46,657 bases of DNA from Thermodesulfobacteriota bacterium (GTDB lineage Bacteria > Desulfobacterota > GWC2-55-46 > JADFVP01): NCBI GenBank assembly GCA_046753945.1, contig JBHHUW010000002.1, positions 1 through 46,657 on the forward strand. The letters are read 5' to 3'. The notes under the pieces were generated by a model. That model was not told where the DNA came from. It saw only the letters and a program-made list of their open reading frames with translations, and did no database searches. This document shows positions 9,638 through 18,802 of the stretch, in pieces. The position numbers and the translations under genes are program-made. Numbering within the stretch: the stretch's first letter is position 1; the number at the start of each line of letters is the position of its first letter.

Positions 9638-10633
9638 GTGGCAAATATAAAAGGTGTAGAAAAAGCGGCTGTTTTACTTATAAATGTCGGTGAGTCACTG
9701 GCCTCCGAGGTGATGCAGTACCTCAGCCACAGAGAGGTTAAGGACGTAAGCGAGAACATCGCCAAGATGGAGTCTATAACCGCGGACATTGGCGCTGATG
9801 TAGTGAGAGAATTCGTCTCAACCGCCGAAGAAGCCGGCCTTGCAGTGCAGGGGCTTGAGTTCGCCAGGAGCGTTATTGAAAAAACCCTTGGCCCGGAAAA
9901 GGCAAAACGTGTCCTTGACCAGATAGCCAAGGAGAACGAAGGTGACGGGATAAAGGCCCTTGCATACATGGACCCTACGGCTCTGGCCAATATGGTGAGA
10001 GGCGAGCACCCGCAGATAATAGCCATCATACTTGCCCTTATGCCGCCTGAGCGGGCCTCTCTTGTAGTGAAAGAGCTGCCGGAAATTCTCATGGGTGATG
10101 TCATGCAGAGGGTGGCCGTAATTGAGACAATACCTCAGGCCGCTCTTAATGAGATAGAGGCCGTTGTGAGAGAGCAGGTCCTTGATACCGATGATTCAGC
10201 TGGTGATCTGGTCGAGGGTGTTAAGCTCGCCGCCGAGATTCTTAATCAGATGGAGTCAGCCACGGAGTCCTCAATAATTGAGTTCATTGACAAATCGAGC
10301 CCCGAGCTGGCTACAAAGATTCAGGAAAAGATGTTTGTCTTTATTGATCTCCTTGAGATGGATGACAGGTCCATGCAGGCCATACTGAAAGAGGTGGAGA
10401 CAGAGTCCCTGAGTATTGCCTTGAAGGGCGCCGATGAGACCCTCAGTGAAAAATTCTTCAAGAATATGTCCGAGAGGGCCGCGGATATGCTGAGAGAAGA
10501 TATTGAGACAAGGGGCCCCGTAAGGGTCACTGATGTTGAGGCCGCGCAGATAGCCGTTGTAAGCGTTGCCAGAAAGCTCGAACAGGAAGGTAAGATTATG
10601 AGGGCCGGAAAACAGGGAGACGTTATAGAGTAA
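9638..10633 (+). CDS. fliG: Flagellar motor switch protein FliG
   Basis: GTG start with a purine-rich RBS. Contains KAAVLLINVGESLASEVMQYL, EHPQIIAIILALMPPERA and MFVFIDLLEMDDRSMQAILKEV. Confidence 0.93.
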   Translation: MANIKGVEKAAVLLINVGESLASEVMQYLSHREVKDVSENIAKMESITADIGADVVREFVSTAEEAGLAVQGLEFARSVIEKTLGPEKAKRVLDQIAKENEGDGIKALAYMDPTALANMVRGEHPQIIAIILALMPPERASLVVKELPEILMGDVMQRVAVIETIPQAALNEIEAVVREQVLDTDDSAGDLVEGVKLAAEILNQMESATESSIIEFIDKSSPELATKIQEKMFVFIDLLEMDDRSMQAILKEVETESLSIALKGADETLSEKFFKNMSERAADMLREDIETRGPVRVTDVEAAQIAVVSVARKLEQEGKIMRAGKQGDVIE

Positions 10634-10684
10634 CGCGGTTTTTTCCTTGAGGGTTATATTCTTAAAAAGTACAAAGGGGCTGAT

Positions 10685-11302
10685 GTGTCATCAAATGTAT
10701 TTAAGGCTACGGGAAAAACAGGTAAAGAGGCCTCCCCCCTGGTCTTTGAGAAGCTAAAAGAGAGAAGGGTCTCACAGCGAAGGGCAGCAGACAGGGATTT
10801 AGCTGCCGGAGGCGCTGAAAATGCCTATAAAGAGGCATTCCAGGAGGGAGAGAAGGCAGGTTTTGAGGCTGGCATGAGAGAGGCGGCCCGGCTCTGCGGC
10901 TCTCTTGAGGCTATCATAGCGGAGATAGGTGAGTTCAAGAAGAGGCTCTTTAATGATTGTGAGACTGAGGCCGTGCAGCTCACCATGAGTATTGCCGGCA
11001 AGGTAATTCAGAGAGAACTCTCCATGAAAGAGGATAGCGTGGTCTACGTTGTGAAGGCTGCATTGAAGGCAGCAGTTACCAACGGAAAGATCCTCATAAG
11101 GCTCAGCCCCGGAGATCTGGATACAATCAATGGTTTTGGTAAGGAACTTCAGCGGTATACAAAAGGTTTTTCAGCTGTAACCATTGAGGGCGATGAGAGC
11201 GTGAGTAGAGGCGGATGTATTATTGAGACTGCTTCCGGCGAGGTGGATGCCACCATAGAGGGGCTCCTTGATGAGGTTGCAGGTGTCTTGAAAGACAGCT
11301 GA
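10685..11302 (+). CDS. fliH: Flagellar assembly protein FliH
   Basis: 205 aa. Central EAFQEGEKAGFEAGMREA repeat-like region. C-terminal GGCIIETASGEVDATIEGLLDEV is typical of FliH and the V-ATPase E-like family. Synteny fits between fliG and fliI. Confidence 0.85.
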   Translation: MSSNVFKATGKTGKEASPLVFEKLKERRVSQRRAADRDLAAGGAENAYKEAFQEGEKAGFEAGMREAARLCGSLEAIIAEIGEFKKRLFNDCETEAVQLTMSIAGKVIQRELSMKEDSVVYVVKAALKAAVTNGKILIRLSPGDLDTINGFGKELQRYTKGFSAVTIEGDESVSRGGCIIETASGEVDATIEGLLDEVAGVLKDS

Positions 11303-11460
11303 GATAGGCAGGGGGCTCTTTGTGAGAGGTACGGCAGAGGGGGCCTGAGTAATGGGAGGCATGTGGTTGAGAAGGGGTTGAGATAGGGTAGAGGGGGGGC
11401 AAGGTAGAGGGGGGTGATGTGGGGTTGAGATAGGTAGGTATCCCTGATGCGGCGTTGAGG
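11303..11460 (+). repeat. G-rich, C-depleted intergenic spacer with duplicated GGGGTTGAGATAGG
   Basis: Only 2 C in 11351-11440 (90 nt). GGGGTTGAGATAGG occurs at 11374-11387 and 11421-11434. G-tract series is G4-N8-G3-N4-G7-N9-G6 (11374-11414). Confidence 0.85.
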
Positions 11461-11488
11461 GATTTTTGCAGTATTAAGCCGTAGCTGC

Positions 11489-12895
11489 ATGGATTATGGC
11501 CAGGGTTTTACGGAATTAAGAGCCGGAGGTGGCAGACTGAACTCAGAGGCACTTAAGAAAAGGCTTAGTAGCTATAACTTAGCTGTTAAGGCCATGCGCC
11601 CCGTAAGGGTTAACGGCATGGTGACGCGTGTAGTTGGGCTGGTTATGGAGGGCATAGGCTTTGGCGCTTCTGTTGGCGAGATATGCAGGGTCTACCCCAG
11701 AGACGGCATGAGTGGTCTTGACTGCGAGGTAGTGGGGTTTTCCGGTGACAGGATTCTTTTCATGCCACTTGGAGAGGTCTTTGGCGTTGGGCCGGGCAGT
11801 AAGATAGTGACAAAGAGAACCAGCGCCAGGGTTAAGGTGAGCCAGCGTCTCCTTGGCAGGACCCTTGACGGCCTGGGCCTTCCCATAGACGGACTTGGCG
11901 AAGTGGAGCCTGATATGGAGTACCCTCTCTATAGCCCGCCGGAAAACCCCCTTAGCAGAAGACGTATTGAAAAACCCCTTGATGTGGGCATTAAGGCCAT
12001 AAACGGCCTCCTTACCGTTGGTAGAGGCCAGAGGATAGGCATTTTTGCCGGAAGCGGTGTGGGCAAGAGCGTGCTTATGGGCATGATGGCCAGAAATACC
12101 TCCGCCGATGTCAATGTCATAGCCCTTGTTGGAGAGAGGGGCAGGGAGGTAAAGGAGTTTATCGAGAAAGACCTTGGCCCCCAGGGCCTCGCCCGCTCCG
12201 TAGTCGTTGTTGCAACCTCTGACCAGCCGCCCCTTATAAGGATGCGCGCCGCCTTTATGGCCACGGCCATAGCAGAGTATTTTAGGGACAGAGGCCGTGA
12301 TGTGCTTCTTATGATGGACTCGGTGACAAGGTTTGCCATGGCGCAGCGTGAGGTTGGACTTGCCGCCGGTGAACCTCCGGCAACTCGCGGTTATCCGCCC
12401 TCTGTCTTTACCATGCTCCCAAAACTCCTTGAACGCGTCGGCACATCAAGCGGGAGCGGAACTATAACGGGTTTCTATACTATCCTCGTCGAAGGAGACG
12501 ATATAAACGACCCTGTTGGCGATACTACAAGAAGCATACTTGACGGCCATATAGTCCTATCGCGTGCCATTGCCTCAGGCGGCCATTATCCGGCCATAGA
12601 CGTGCTTGAGAGCATAAGCCGCGTAATGATAGACGTGGTGCCGCCAGAGCACATGGATGCCGCGGGAAAGGTGCGGGCCTTGCTGGCCTCATACAGAAAG
12701 GCATATGATCTTATAAGTATAGGCGCATATAAGGATGGAAGCGACCCTGATGTTGACAGGGCTATATTGGCTATTGGAAAAATAAACAAATTTCTTCGCC
12801 AGGGTATAGGCGATCATATTACCTTTGATGAGACCCTTGCCATGCTCTTGTCTATTGCGGCAGAGTATGGAGGAGAGACCACTCTCTCCCTGTAA
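11489..12895 (+). CDS. fliI: Flagellum-specific ATPase FliI
   Basis: Walker A is GSGVGKS. Walker B is VLLMMDSVTRFA. Similar to the F1/T3SS ATPase fold throughout. Confidence 0.95.
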   Translation: MDYGQGFTELRAGGGRLNSEALKKRLSSYNLAVKAMRPVRVNGMVTRVVGLVMEGIGFGASVGEICRVYPRDGMSGLDCEVVGFSGDRILFMPLGEVFGVGPGSKIVTKRTSARVKVSQRLLGRTLDGLGLPIDGLGEVEPDMEYPLYSPPENPLSRRRIEKPLDVGIKAINGLLTVGRGQRIGIFAGSGVGKSVLMGMMARNTSADVNVIALVGERGREVKEFIEKDLGPQGLARSVVVVATSDQPPLIRMRAAFMATAIAEYFRDRGRDVLLMMDSVTRFAMAQREVGLAAGEPPATRGYPPSVFTMLPKLLERVGTSSGSGTITGFYTILVEGDDINDPVGDTTRSILDGHIVLSRAIASGGHYPAIDVLESISRVMIDVVPPEHMDAAGKVRALLASYRKAYDLISIGAYKDGSDPDVDRAILAIGKINKFLRQGIGDHITFDETLAMLLSIAAEYGGETTLSL

Positions 12896-12913
12896 TATAA
12901 GTAAGGCCATGGT

Positions 12914-13372
12914 ATGAAAAAGTTCAAATTCAATCTTGACTCACTCCACAGGTACAGAAGCAGTATCGAGGAGGTGAGCATGAAGGAATTTTCAAGCGAA
13001 CTCAGGAGCTTCCATGAGAAGCGCCAGGGAGTGCTGCGGCTGAGGGAGGAGAGAGAGAGGCTCGCAACGGAGATAGACCACATCAAGGAGAGCGGCGACA
13101 GCAGGCTTGAGCTCGCCCTCTATGCCACTTATATCGCCGACCTTAAGGAGTATATCAAGGAGAAAGAAGCCCTTCTGGAGGCCTGTAAAAAGGAGCTTGA
13201 GATAAAGCGTCTTGCCTTAATAGAGGTGATGAAGGAGAGAAAAGTCCTTGATGTGATGAAAGACAAGTCCTTTGAGGAGTTTAACCGGCAATCAAAGAGG
13301 ATCGAGCAGAAGATACTGGATGACATAGGCGGCGCGAGGTTTTTTTTCGGAGGTGATAAAGATGAAGAATAA
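12914..13372 (+). CDS. fliJ: Flagellar export chaperone FliJ
   Basis: 152-aa coiled-coil protein. The start MKKFKFNLDSLHRYR is typical of FliJ. Position after fliI fits. Confidence 0.85.
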   Translation: MKKFKFNLDSLHRYRSSIEEVSMKEFSSELRSFHEKRQGVLRLREERERLATEIDHIKESGDSRLELALYATYIADLKEYIKEKEALLEACKKELEIKRLALIEVMKERKVLDVMKDKSFEEFNRQSKRIEQKILDDIGGARFFFGGDKDEE

Positions 13373-13916
13373 GGTGCTGGCAGCCCTTCTTATACTAAAA
13401 TTGTCTATCCTTGCCACGTGGTTTATTACAACTCTGAACCCCTTTACCGCAAGCCTTGTATCGGCTGGCCTGCCGCCTGAATCTGCAGACCATGTAGTGG
13501 AGATAGAAGAAGAGAGGCCGCCTTCAACGGAGAAGGGGCTCATTCTGGCCATTGAGCGAAAGGACAAGGAACTGCGCCTCCGTGAAGACGAGCTCAATGA
13601 GAAGATGACCCGTCTTGCCGGGGTAAAGGGAGATATTCAGACCAGGATAGCGGAACTCAAGGACCTTGTTAAGGAATTAAAGACAGTGAAGGGGAAGATA
13701 GACGCCTTTAATAATGCAAAGGCCAGGCGTCTTGTAAAGATATATGAGAATATGGCCCCTCAGAGCGCCGCCGCCAGGATAGAGCGCCTTGATGATGCAA
13801 TGGCCGCCTCCATACTTGGGTCCATGAGAGAGAAGATTGCCGGAAAAATACTCGGCTTTATCAATGTGGATAAATCCGTAAAGATTAGCCGTGTCTTGAA
13901 GAAGGATATCAGGTGA
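13362..13916 (+). CDS. YlxF/MotE-like flagellar protein (MgtE_N-like domain)
   Basis: N-terminal TM, coiled coil, then RRLVKIYENMAPQSAAARIERLDDAMAASILGSMREKIAGKILG. Occupies the same slot as ylxF in fla/che operons. I prefer the ATG at 13362 (GGAGGTG RBS); the ORF-track GTG is at 13353. Confidence 0.7.
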   Translation: MKNKVLAALLILKLSILATWFITTLNPFTASLVSAGLPPESADHVVEIEEERPPSTEKGLILAIERKDKELRLREDELNEKMTRLAGVKGDIQTRIAELKDLVKELKTVKGKIDAFNNAKARRLVKIYENMAPQSAAARIERLDDAMAASILGSMREKIAGKILGFINVDKSVKISRVLKKDIR

Positions 13917-14203
13917 GGTTTTTTTGGCCTCTCTGATAGAGCCTTTATAGAAGACTGCAGGGTGATGAAACCTCTCTTGCGTAAGGCCCTTTGCATTAAG
14001 AGCCTCTCTTGAAGCTTTTCCGCGGCAGCCCCGCTTCTCTTTAAGATATTTCACAAAAAGACAACCTCCTCTTTCAGGCAGGCCTATTTGTTCTGAGGCC
14101 TATCCTTGGTAACCCCCCCCTTCCTCCTTAGCAGCAGAGATTGTAAACAGGTATGTCCTGCTATAGCACTTTCAGGCCTTCAAGGGCCTTCCTCCGTTCT
14201 ATT

Positions 14204-14248
14204 GGCCCTTTCATGGCAAGGGAAAAAATTGCCGGGGGCCTTTTTTTT
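14204..14248 (+). terminator. Rho-independent terminator ending the flgB...ylxF-like unit
   Basis: GGCCC-TTTCAT-GGCAA-GGGAAAAAA-TTGCC-G-GGGCC is a composite stem (14204-14240), followed by T8 (14241-14248). Confidence 0.75.
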
Positions 14249-14340
14249 GCCTCTTTTTTCGAGACCTTCAACTTGGAATTTTCAGGGGTTCTTTCGTGTA
14301 ACCTATTTAAAATGCAGGCTTTTTTGTAGAAGATAAACTC

Positions 14341-14356
14341 TGGCACGGCCGTTGCG
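14341..14356 (+). promoter_or_regulatory. Sigma-54 promoter upstream of fliK (TGGCACGGCCGTTGCG)
   Basis: Near-perfect TGGCAC-N5-TTGC. Sits 30-70 nt upstream of the candidate fliK start codons and just downstream of a terminator. Confidence 0.85.
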
Positions 14357-14384
14357 TTAGATACAGCTGAGCTCAGTGGATTGA

Positions 14385-16145
14385 GTGGAAACACAGGGTC
14401 AACTCAAGGACAAATGGAATAAAATGAGCAAGGCACTAATCCCCTTATCTATAAAAACCTCACCTGTAAAAGATGGCTCCCCGCCCGCTTCTCTGGCTAT
14501 GCGCGGAGGCCTCTCCAAAGCAGGCCGCGGAGTGCGGGAAAAGCATGAGTTTAAGATGAGACTTCATGAGCTTGGCAGGGGTAAGGCAGAGGAAAGCGGG
14601 AATAAAGACAAGGACCTTGCAGGTGCAGAGGGGGCACTTGAGGATAAGGCCGTAGCTGCGCAGGCAAAGCGAAAAAAAATGCCAAAATCACCTCATAAAG
14701 ATACCGGTAGCCTTGATGAGGCACAGGGAGGGTTCTCATCTTCCAAGAGCCTTGAGGCAGGCAAAGACCTGCGGACTCTCCTGAAGCAGGCCCTCTCCGG
14801 CCAGACATCAGGGCAGGGTCCCCATGAGAAAAACTCTGCAGGTCTTGAGGTGGATGGCTCTGGCGGTAAGGCACAGGGACTTGCAGGCCGTGAGGTTTTT
14901 TCTCCCGCTCCTTCTCCCTCTCCGTCTACTACTACTTCTTTAAGAGTTGGTCTTCAGGGCCACGGCCTCAATAAGGGCGCTCTATTTCATATGGCAGAGG
15001 GGCAGGTTGCCAGGAGAGCTGCCCTTGTGCCTAAAGGCGAAAAAAGCCCTGCCAGAGGCCGCAAGAAGATTTTTTCGGGAGGCGCCCCCAGGAAGGACGC
15101 TCTCAATATAAAGCGTGGCGAGGCTGGTAAGGTTTTGCAAGAAGGTCTAAAGAGGGCCCCCTCTAATGAAGTCCCGGTAGAGAAGGCCATGCCCCTGCAC
15201 TCTCATGGCGTTGTGAAGGATATTTTTTCAATGGCAGTCCTTAAGGGTGCTTCATCGTCCATGGAGGCCTCCTCTGGAAGACCCCTTGCAGGAGAGGTTG
15301 TTAAAGAGAAGGCAATGACCGGGAAAAGAGCAAAGAAGTCTGCCGCTCCCATCTTAAGGAGAGGCCGTCACCCGGTATCTGCAAGGAATCTTCCGGCCTT
15401 TGAGAGGCAGGCCCTCTCAGGCAAGGGCTCACAAAGGAAAGTCTCCGGCGCCTCTGCCGGCATGGAGAAGGGTGAGGGAGTTACTAAAATTAATGGAAGT
15501 AAGGATACAGGCACATTGTCCTTTGAGGGGGCGGCAGGGCAGGGTCTGAGCACACCCGGCCTTGCCGCGGCAGCAGCAGGGCCCCTGCAGGACTCATCTG
15601 CAGAGACTCTCCTGAACTCCGCCATGGGTGGAGCAGGGCTTACGGAGGCACGCGGCAAGTCCGCGGCTGCCGCAAACCTGCGCCAGGCCGTTATGGCGGG
15701 CAAAAGAGGCAGCGAGCTCATAAAGACCGCGGCCAAAGGCGTAGTCATGAGCCTCAACAATAGAGATAAAGAGATTGTCATCGCATTAAAACCAGAGGAG
15801 CTCGGCCAGATGGAGATAAAGGTGCGCATAGAGGACGGCCTTGTGGAGACGAGTATCCTTGTTGATAATCCCCACGTAATGGCCATGATAAACGCTGACA
15901 CGGTCTCCCTCAAGGAACTGCTGGCGCGCCAGGGTATTATGGCAGGAGGTCTTGATGTGGCACTTAATAATGGCAGTGATACTTTTTTCGGTCAAGACGA
16001 AGAGTTCCATGGCCACGGCAATAGCCCTCACCCTGCGGGTAGCGGTGTAATAAAAGAGGACAACGGCGCCGGGCAGGGGCGGGAAATCCACCACGGCTAC
16101 ATGGATGAGAGTTTTGAGGGTAGAAAGCTCGACCTTTTTATATAA
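14385..16145 (+). CDS. fliK: Flagellar hook-length control protein FliK
   Basis: C-terminal Flg_hook domain is IALKPEELGQMEIKVRIEDGLVETSILVDNPHVMAMINADTVSLKELLARQG. The long N-terminus is poorly conserved and K/G/A/S-rich. The start is uncertain: GTG 14385 or ATG 14424. Confidence 0.85.
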   Translation: METQGQLKDKWNKMSKALIPLSIKTSPVKDGSPPASLAMRGGLSKAGRGVREKHEFKMRLHELGRGKAEESGNKDKDLAGAEGALEDKAVAAQAKRKKMPKSPHKDTGSLDEAQGGFSSSKSLEAGKDLRTLLKQALSGQTSGQGPHEKNSAGLEVDGSGGKAQGLAGREVFSPAPSPSPSTTTSLRVGLQGHGLNKGALFHMAEGQVARRAALVPKGEKSPARGRKKIFSGGAPRKDALNIKRGEAGKVLQEGLKRAPSNEVPVEKAMPLHSHGVVKDIFSMAVLKGASSSMEASSGRPLAGEVVKEKAMTGKRAKKSAAPILRRGRHPVSARNLPAFERQALSGKGSQRKVSGASAGMEKGEGVTKINGSKDTGTLSFEGAAGQGLSTPGLAAAAAGPLQDSSAETLLNSAMGGAGLTEARGKSAAAANLRQAVMAGKRGSELIKTAAKGVVMSLNNRDKEIVIALKPEELGQMEIKVRIEDGLVETSILVDNPHVMAMINADTVSLKELLARQGIMAGGLDVALNNGSDTFFGQDEEFHGHGNSPHPAGSGVIKEDNGAGQGREIHHGYMDESFEGRKLDLFI

Positions 16146-16190
16146 GGGTCTGAGCCAATAAATACAGAGAAGAATAAGGGAGGAGTAAAT

Positions 16191-16841
16191 ATGCAGACAA
16201 ATCCAATAGGCCTTGCCGCGGCGGCAGGGGCCGCCGGACCCAAGGGCAATGAGACAGTATCATCGGATATGTTTCTGAAACTGCTGGTAACTCAGTTAAA
16301 GAATCAGGACCCCCTCTCTCCAACTGATAATACGGCCTTTGTGGCCCAGCTTGCCCAGTTCAGCTCTCTTGAGGGAATAAACAACCTTAATGAGAACTTT
16401 GTGGGTGTCTCCGAGTCCATGGACTCACTTGGCAACTTTGGTACGGCAAACCTCATTGGCAGGAACGTAACCGTAAAGGGTGATTCCTTCAGGTTTCAGG
16501 GCGCACCAACATCACTTGGCTATGAGCTCAAGAATGGGGCCGAGACCGTGAGACTAAAGGTCTTTGATAGCAGCGGGAGGCTCGTGGATACGAGTACCAC
16601 AAATAACCTTCCAGCCGGAACTCACGTCTTTGCATGGGACGGTCTTGATGATAACGGCAATCCCTTTCCAACGGGAGAGTACAGCTTTACCGTAACCACA
16701 GGTGACGGCCAGGGTAACGAGCTGCCCCTTGAGACCTATATCAGCGGCGCTGTAGAAGGAGTGGATTTCTTCGGCGACGAGGCAAAGATAAGCATAGACG
16801 GGGCCATGTTCTCGGCCAATGATATTAAGGAGATTTTTTAA
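16191..16841 (+). CDS. flgD: Flagellar hook capping/assembly protein FlgD
   Basis: Contains DMFLKLLVTQLKNQDPLSPTDN plus a FlgD Ig-like C-terminal domain (FAWDGLDDNGNPFPTGEYSF). Confidence 0.93.
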   Translation: MQTNPIGLAAAAGAAGPKGNETVSSDMFLKLLVTQLKNQDPLSPTDNTAFVAQLAQFSSLEGINNLNENFVGVSESMDSLGNFGTANLIGRNVTVKGDSFRFQGAPTSLGYELKNGAETVRLKVFDSSGRLVDTSTTNNLPAGTHVFAWDGLDDNGNPFPTGEYSFTVTTGDGQGNELPLETYISGAVEGVDFFGDEAKISIDGAMFSANDIKEIF

Positions 16842-16857
16842 CCAAGGAGGTTTTATT

Positions 16858-18507
16858 GTGCAGACATCACTCTTTACCGGCATCAGCGGTCTTAATGCCA
16901 ACCTGGCCGAACTCTCTGTAGTGGGCAACAACATAGCCAACGTGAACACCGTTGGTTTCAAGACAAGCAGGGCCATGTTCTCCGATCTTCTCAGCCAGAC
17001 ACTTAACGCCGGGGGGAGCCCGAAGCAGATAGGTCTTGGCGTGGATATGACAGGTGTAGAAAAACTCTTTAATCAGGGCGCCATGGAGACTACGGGCAAT
17101 GCCTTTGACCTTGCCATAAGCGGCGGCGGGTTCTTTGTCCTGCAGGACCCCGGCCTCAACAAACCCTCATACTCAAGGGCGGGCCAGTTCCATACTGATA
17201 AAGACAATTACCTTGTAAACCCCGACAACCTGCGTCTGCAGGGTTTTCTGGCAAACTCCTCAGGTGTGCTGGGCAATACTGTGCAGGATATTCAGCTCAC
17301 CACCAATAACGTGGCCCCAAACTCCACATCAAAGGTGGATATATCGGTGAACCTTGACTCCAATGCCCCTGTAACGGGTTATGTCTTTACCTCGGGCACA
17401 AATGATACCCTTGTCTTTGATGTTGGCGGCGCGCCCATTACTGCCAGCCTTGTTACAGATGGCGGTCTTGTCACAGGCACGGCCAATGACGGAGGAAGCG
17501 TGGCCGCGGCAATAAAGTCTGCCCTTGAGGCCAAGAACGGCACAACGGATACCTATAGCGTGGGCTATGACGGAAAGACGGGAAAATATACCGTAACCAA
17601 CGAGACCGGGAACGGCACGACCCTTACCCTTGACTGGTCTACAAGCACATCGGCCACGCTCCTCGGTTATAACGCCGTCTCATCAGGCCCCATTGCGGCC
17701 GGGGCATCTGATACCAGCGACCTTGCAGGCGGCGCATTTACTCTGGCCAAAGCCGGAGAGACCTCCAACTTCTCGGCCCCTGTGACTATCTATGATACTC
17801 TTGGAAATTCACATGTAATTACCACATACTTCAGAAAGAACACCGTTGGGACCTCGGGCAATACATGGGACTGGTACTCCGTAGTAGACGCCGCGGACAG
17901 CACCAGCGGGTCTTCGGAGGTTCAGGCCAATGGCAGCATGACCTTTGACACCACAGGGGCTCTATTTTCCGAGTCTGCCGTTACCTATCCAACGGGCGGT
18001 TTTGACTTTGCCGGCGGTGTAAATCAAAACCAGATAATAGCCTTTGACTTTGGAACGGGCATTACCGCAGGGGGCACGGGCACGGACGGGACCACGCAGT
18101 ACGGCGTGGGCTCATCGCTCCTTAGCCTCAAGCAGGACGGTTTTGCTCCGGGCACACTGCAGAGACTTGACGTTGGCACTGACGGGCTTATTACAGGCGT
18201 ATTTTCCAACGGCACAAACAGGTCTATCGCGCGCATCATGCTGGCGGATTTCCCCAACCTCACCGGCCTCTCAAGCGCGGGCAGCGGTCTTTTTTCCGAG
18301 ACATCGAGCTCCGGGCAGCGTCTTCTTAACGCCCCGGGCAGCGGCGGTGTGGGTATGCTTCGCGCCTCCACTCTGGAGCTCTCAACAGTGGATATAGCCC
18401 AGGAGTTCGTAAAGATGATTACGGCGCAGAGGGGTTTTCAGGCCAACTCGCGTATTATCACAACAACTGACGCCCTCCTTGCCGAGCTTGTCAACCTGAA
18501 GCGTTAA
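16858..18507 (+). CDS. flgE: Flagellar hook protein FlgE
   Basis: GTG start 7 nt after AAGGAGG. N-terminal SLFTGISGLNANLAELSVVGNNIANVNTVGFK. C-terminal VDIAQEFVKMITAQRGFQANSRIITTTDALLAELVNLKR. Confidence 0.93.
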   Translation: MQTSLFTGISGLNANLAELSVVGNNIANVNTVGFKTSRAMFSDLLSQTLNAGGSPKQIGLGVDMTGVEKLFNQGAMETTGNAFDLAISGGGFFVLQDPGLNKPSYSRAGQFHTDKDNYLVNPDNLRLQGFLANSSGVLGNTVQDIQLTTNNVAPNSTSKVDISVNLDSNAPVTGYVFTSGTNDTLVFDVGGAPITASLVTDGGLVTGTANDGGSVAAAIKSALEAKNGTTDTYSVGYDGKTGKYTVTNETGNGTTLTLDWSTSTSATLLGYNAVSSGPIAAGASDTSDLAGGAFTLAKAGETSNFSAPVTIYDTLGNSHVITTYFRKNTVGTSGNTWDWYSVVDAADSTSGSSEVQANGSMTFDTTGALFSESAVTYPTGGFDFAGGVNQNQIIAFDFGTGITAGGTGTDGTTQYGVGSSLLSLKQDGFAPGTLQRLDVGTDGLITGVFSNGTNRSIARIMLADFPNLTGLSSAGSGLFSETSSSGQRLLNAPGSGGVGMLRASTLELSTVDIAQEFVKMITAQRGFQANSRIITTTDALLAELVNLKR

Positions 18508-18581
18508 CAAGACCTTCCGTCGGCTCCCGGAGAGAAGTCCCTTGAGTTTTAAGATTAAGGGCTCTCCGGGTAGTGAGTTCA

Positions 18582-18616
18582 CGGGGTATGCCGCCTGGCA
18601 TACCCCGTTTTTTTTT
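18582..18616 (+). terminator. Rho-independent terminator after flgE
   Basis: CGGGGTATGCC-GCCT-GGCATACCCCG is an 11-bp perfect stem, followed by T9 (18608-18616). Confidence 0.9.
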
Positions 18617-18742
18617 ATAAGACCAACAAAATGACAGGTTACCTCACATGATTTTGACCAAGAGCCCGCTTCCATGCTCCGGCGCCAGCATATAAGAGGA
18701 TGATTGCCTTTACGCAGGCCCTCTTCTGCAGGGCCGCTACAG

Positions 18743-18758
18743 TGGCACAGAGCTTGCA
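18743..18758 (+). promoter_or_regulatory. Sigma-54 promoter upstream of fliL (TGGCACAGAGCTTGCA)
   Basis: Consensus TGGCAC-N5-TTGCA, 45 nt upstream of the fliL ATG and downstream of the flgE terminator. Confidence 0.88.
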
Positions 18759-18802
18759 CTATTCTATGCCGGTGAGGACTAATACGATACGAGGAGAGAA
18801 TT

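Noticed and set aside
9466-10104. Long antisense ORFs of 160-284 aa lie opposite fliF/fliG (9466..10104), fliN (20229..20831), flhF (26902..27510), flhG (28062..28664), the HEAT gene (29851..30339), cheY/cheA (33292..34146, 34348..34995) and the HDOD gene (38366..39148).
   Set aside because: All lie entirely opposite genes with strong family signatures. Their products are Ser/Ala/Pro/Arg-rich and low in complexity, as is typical of antisense frames of RNY-biased coding DNA. None has an RBS or recognisable motifs.
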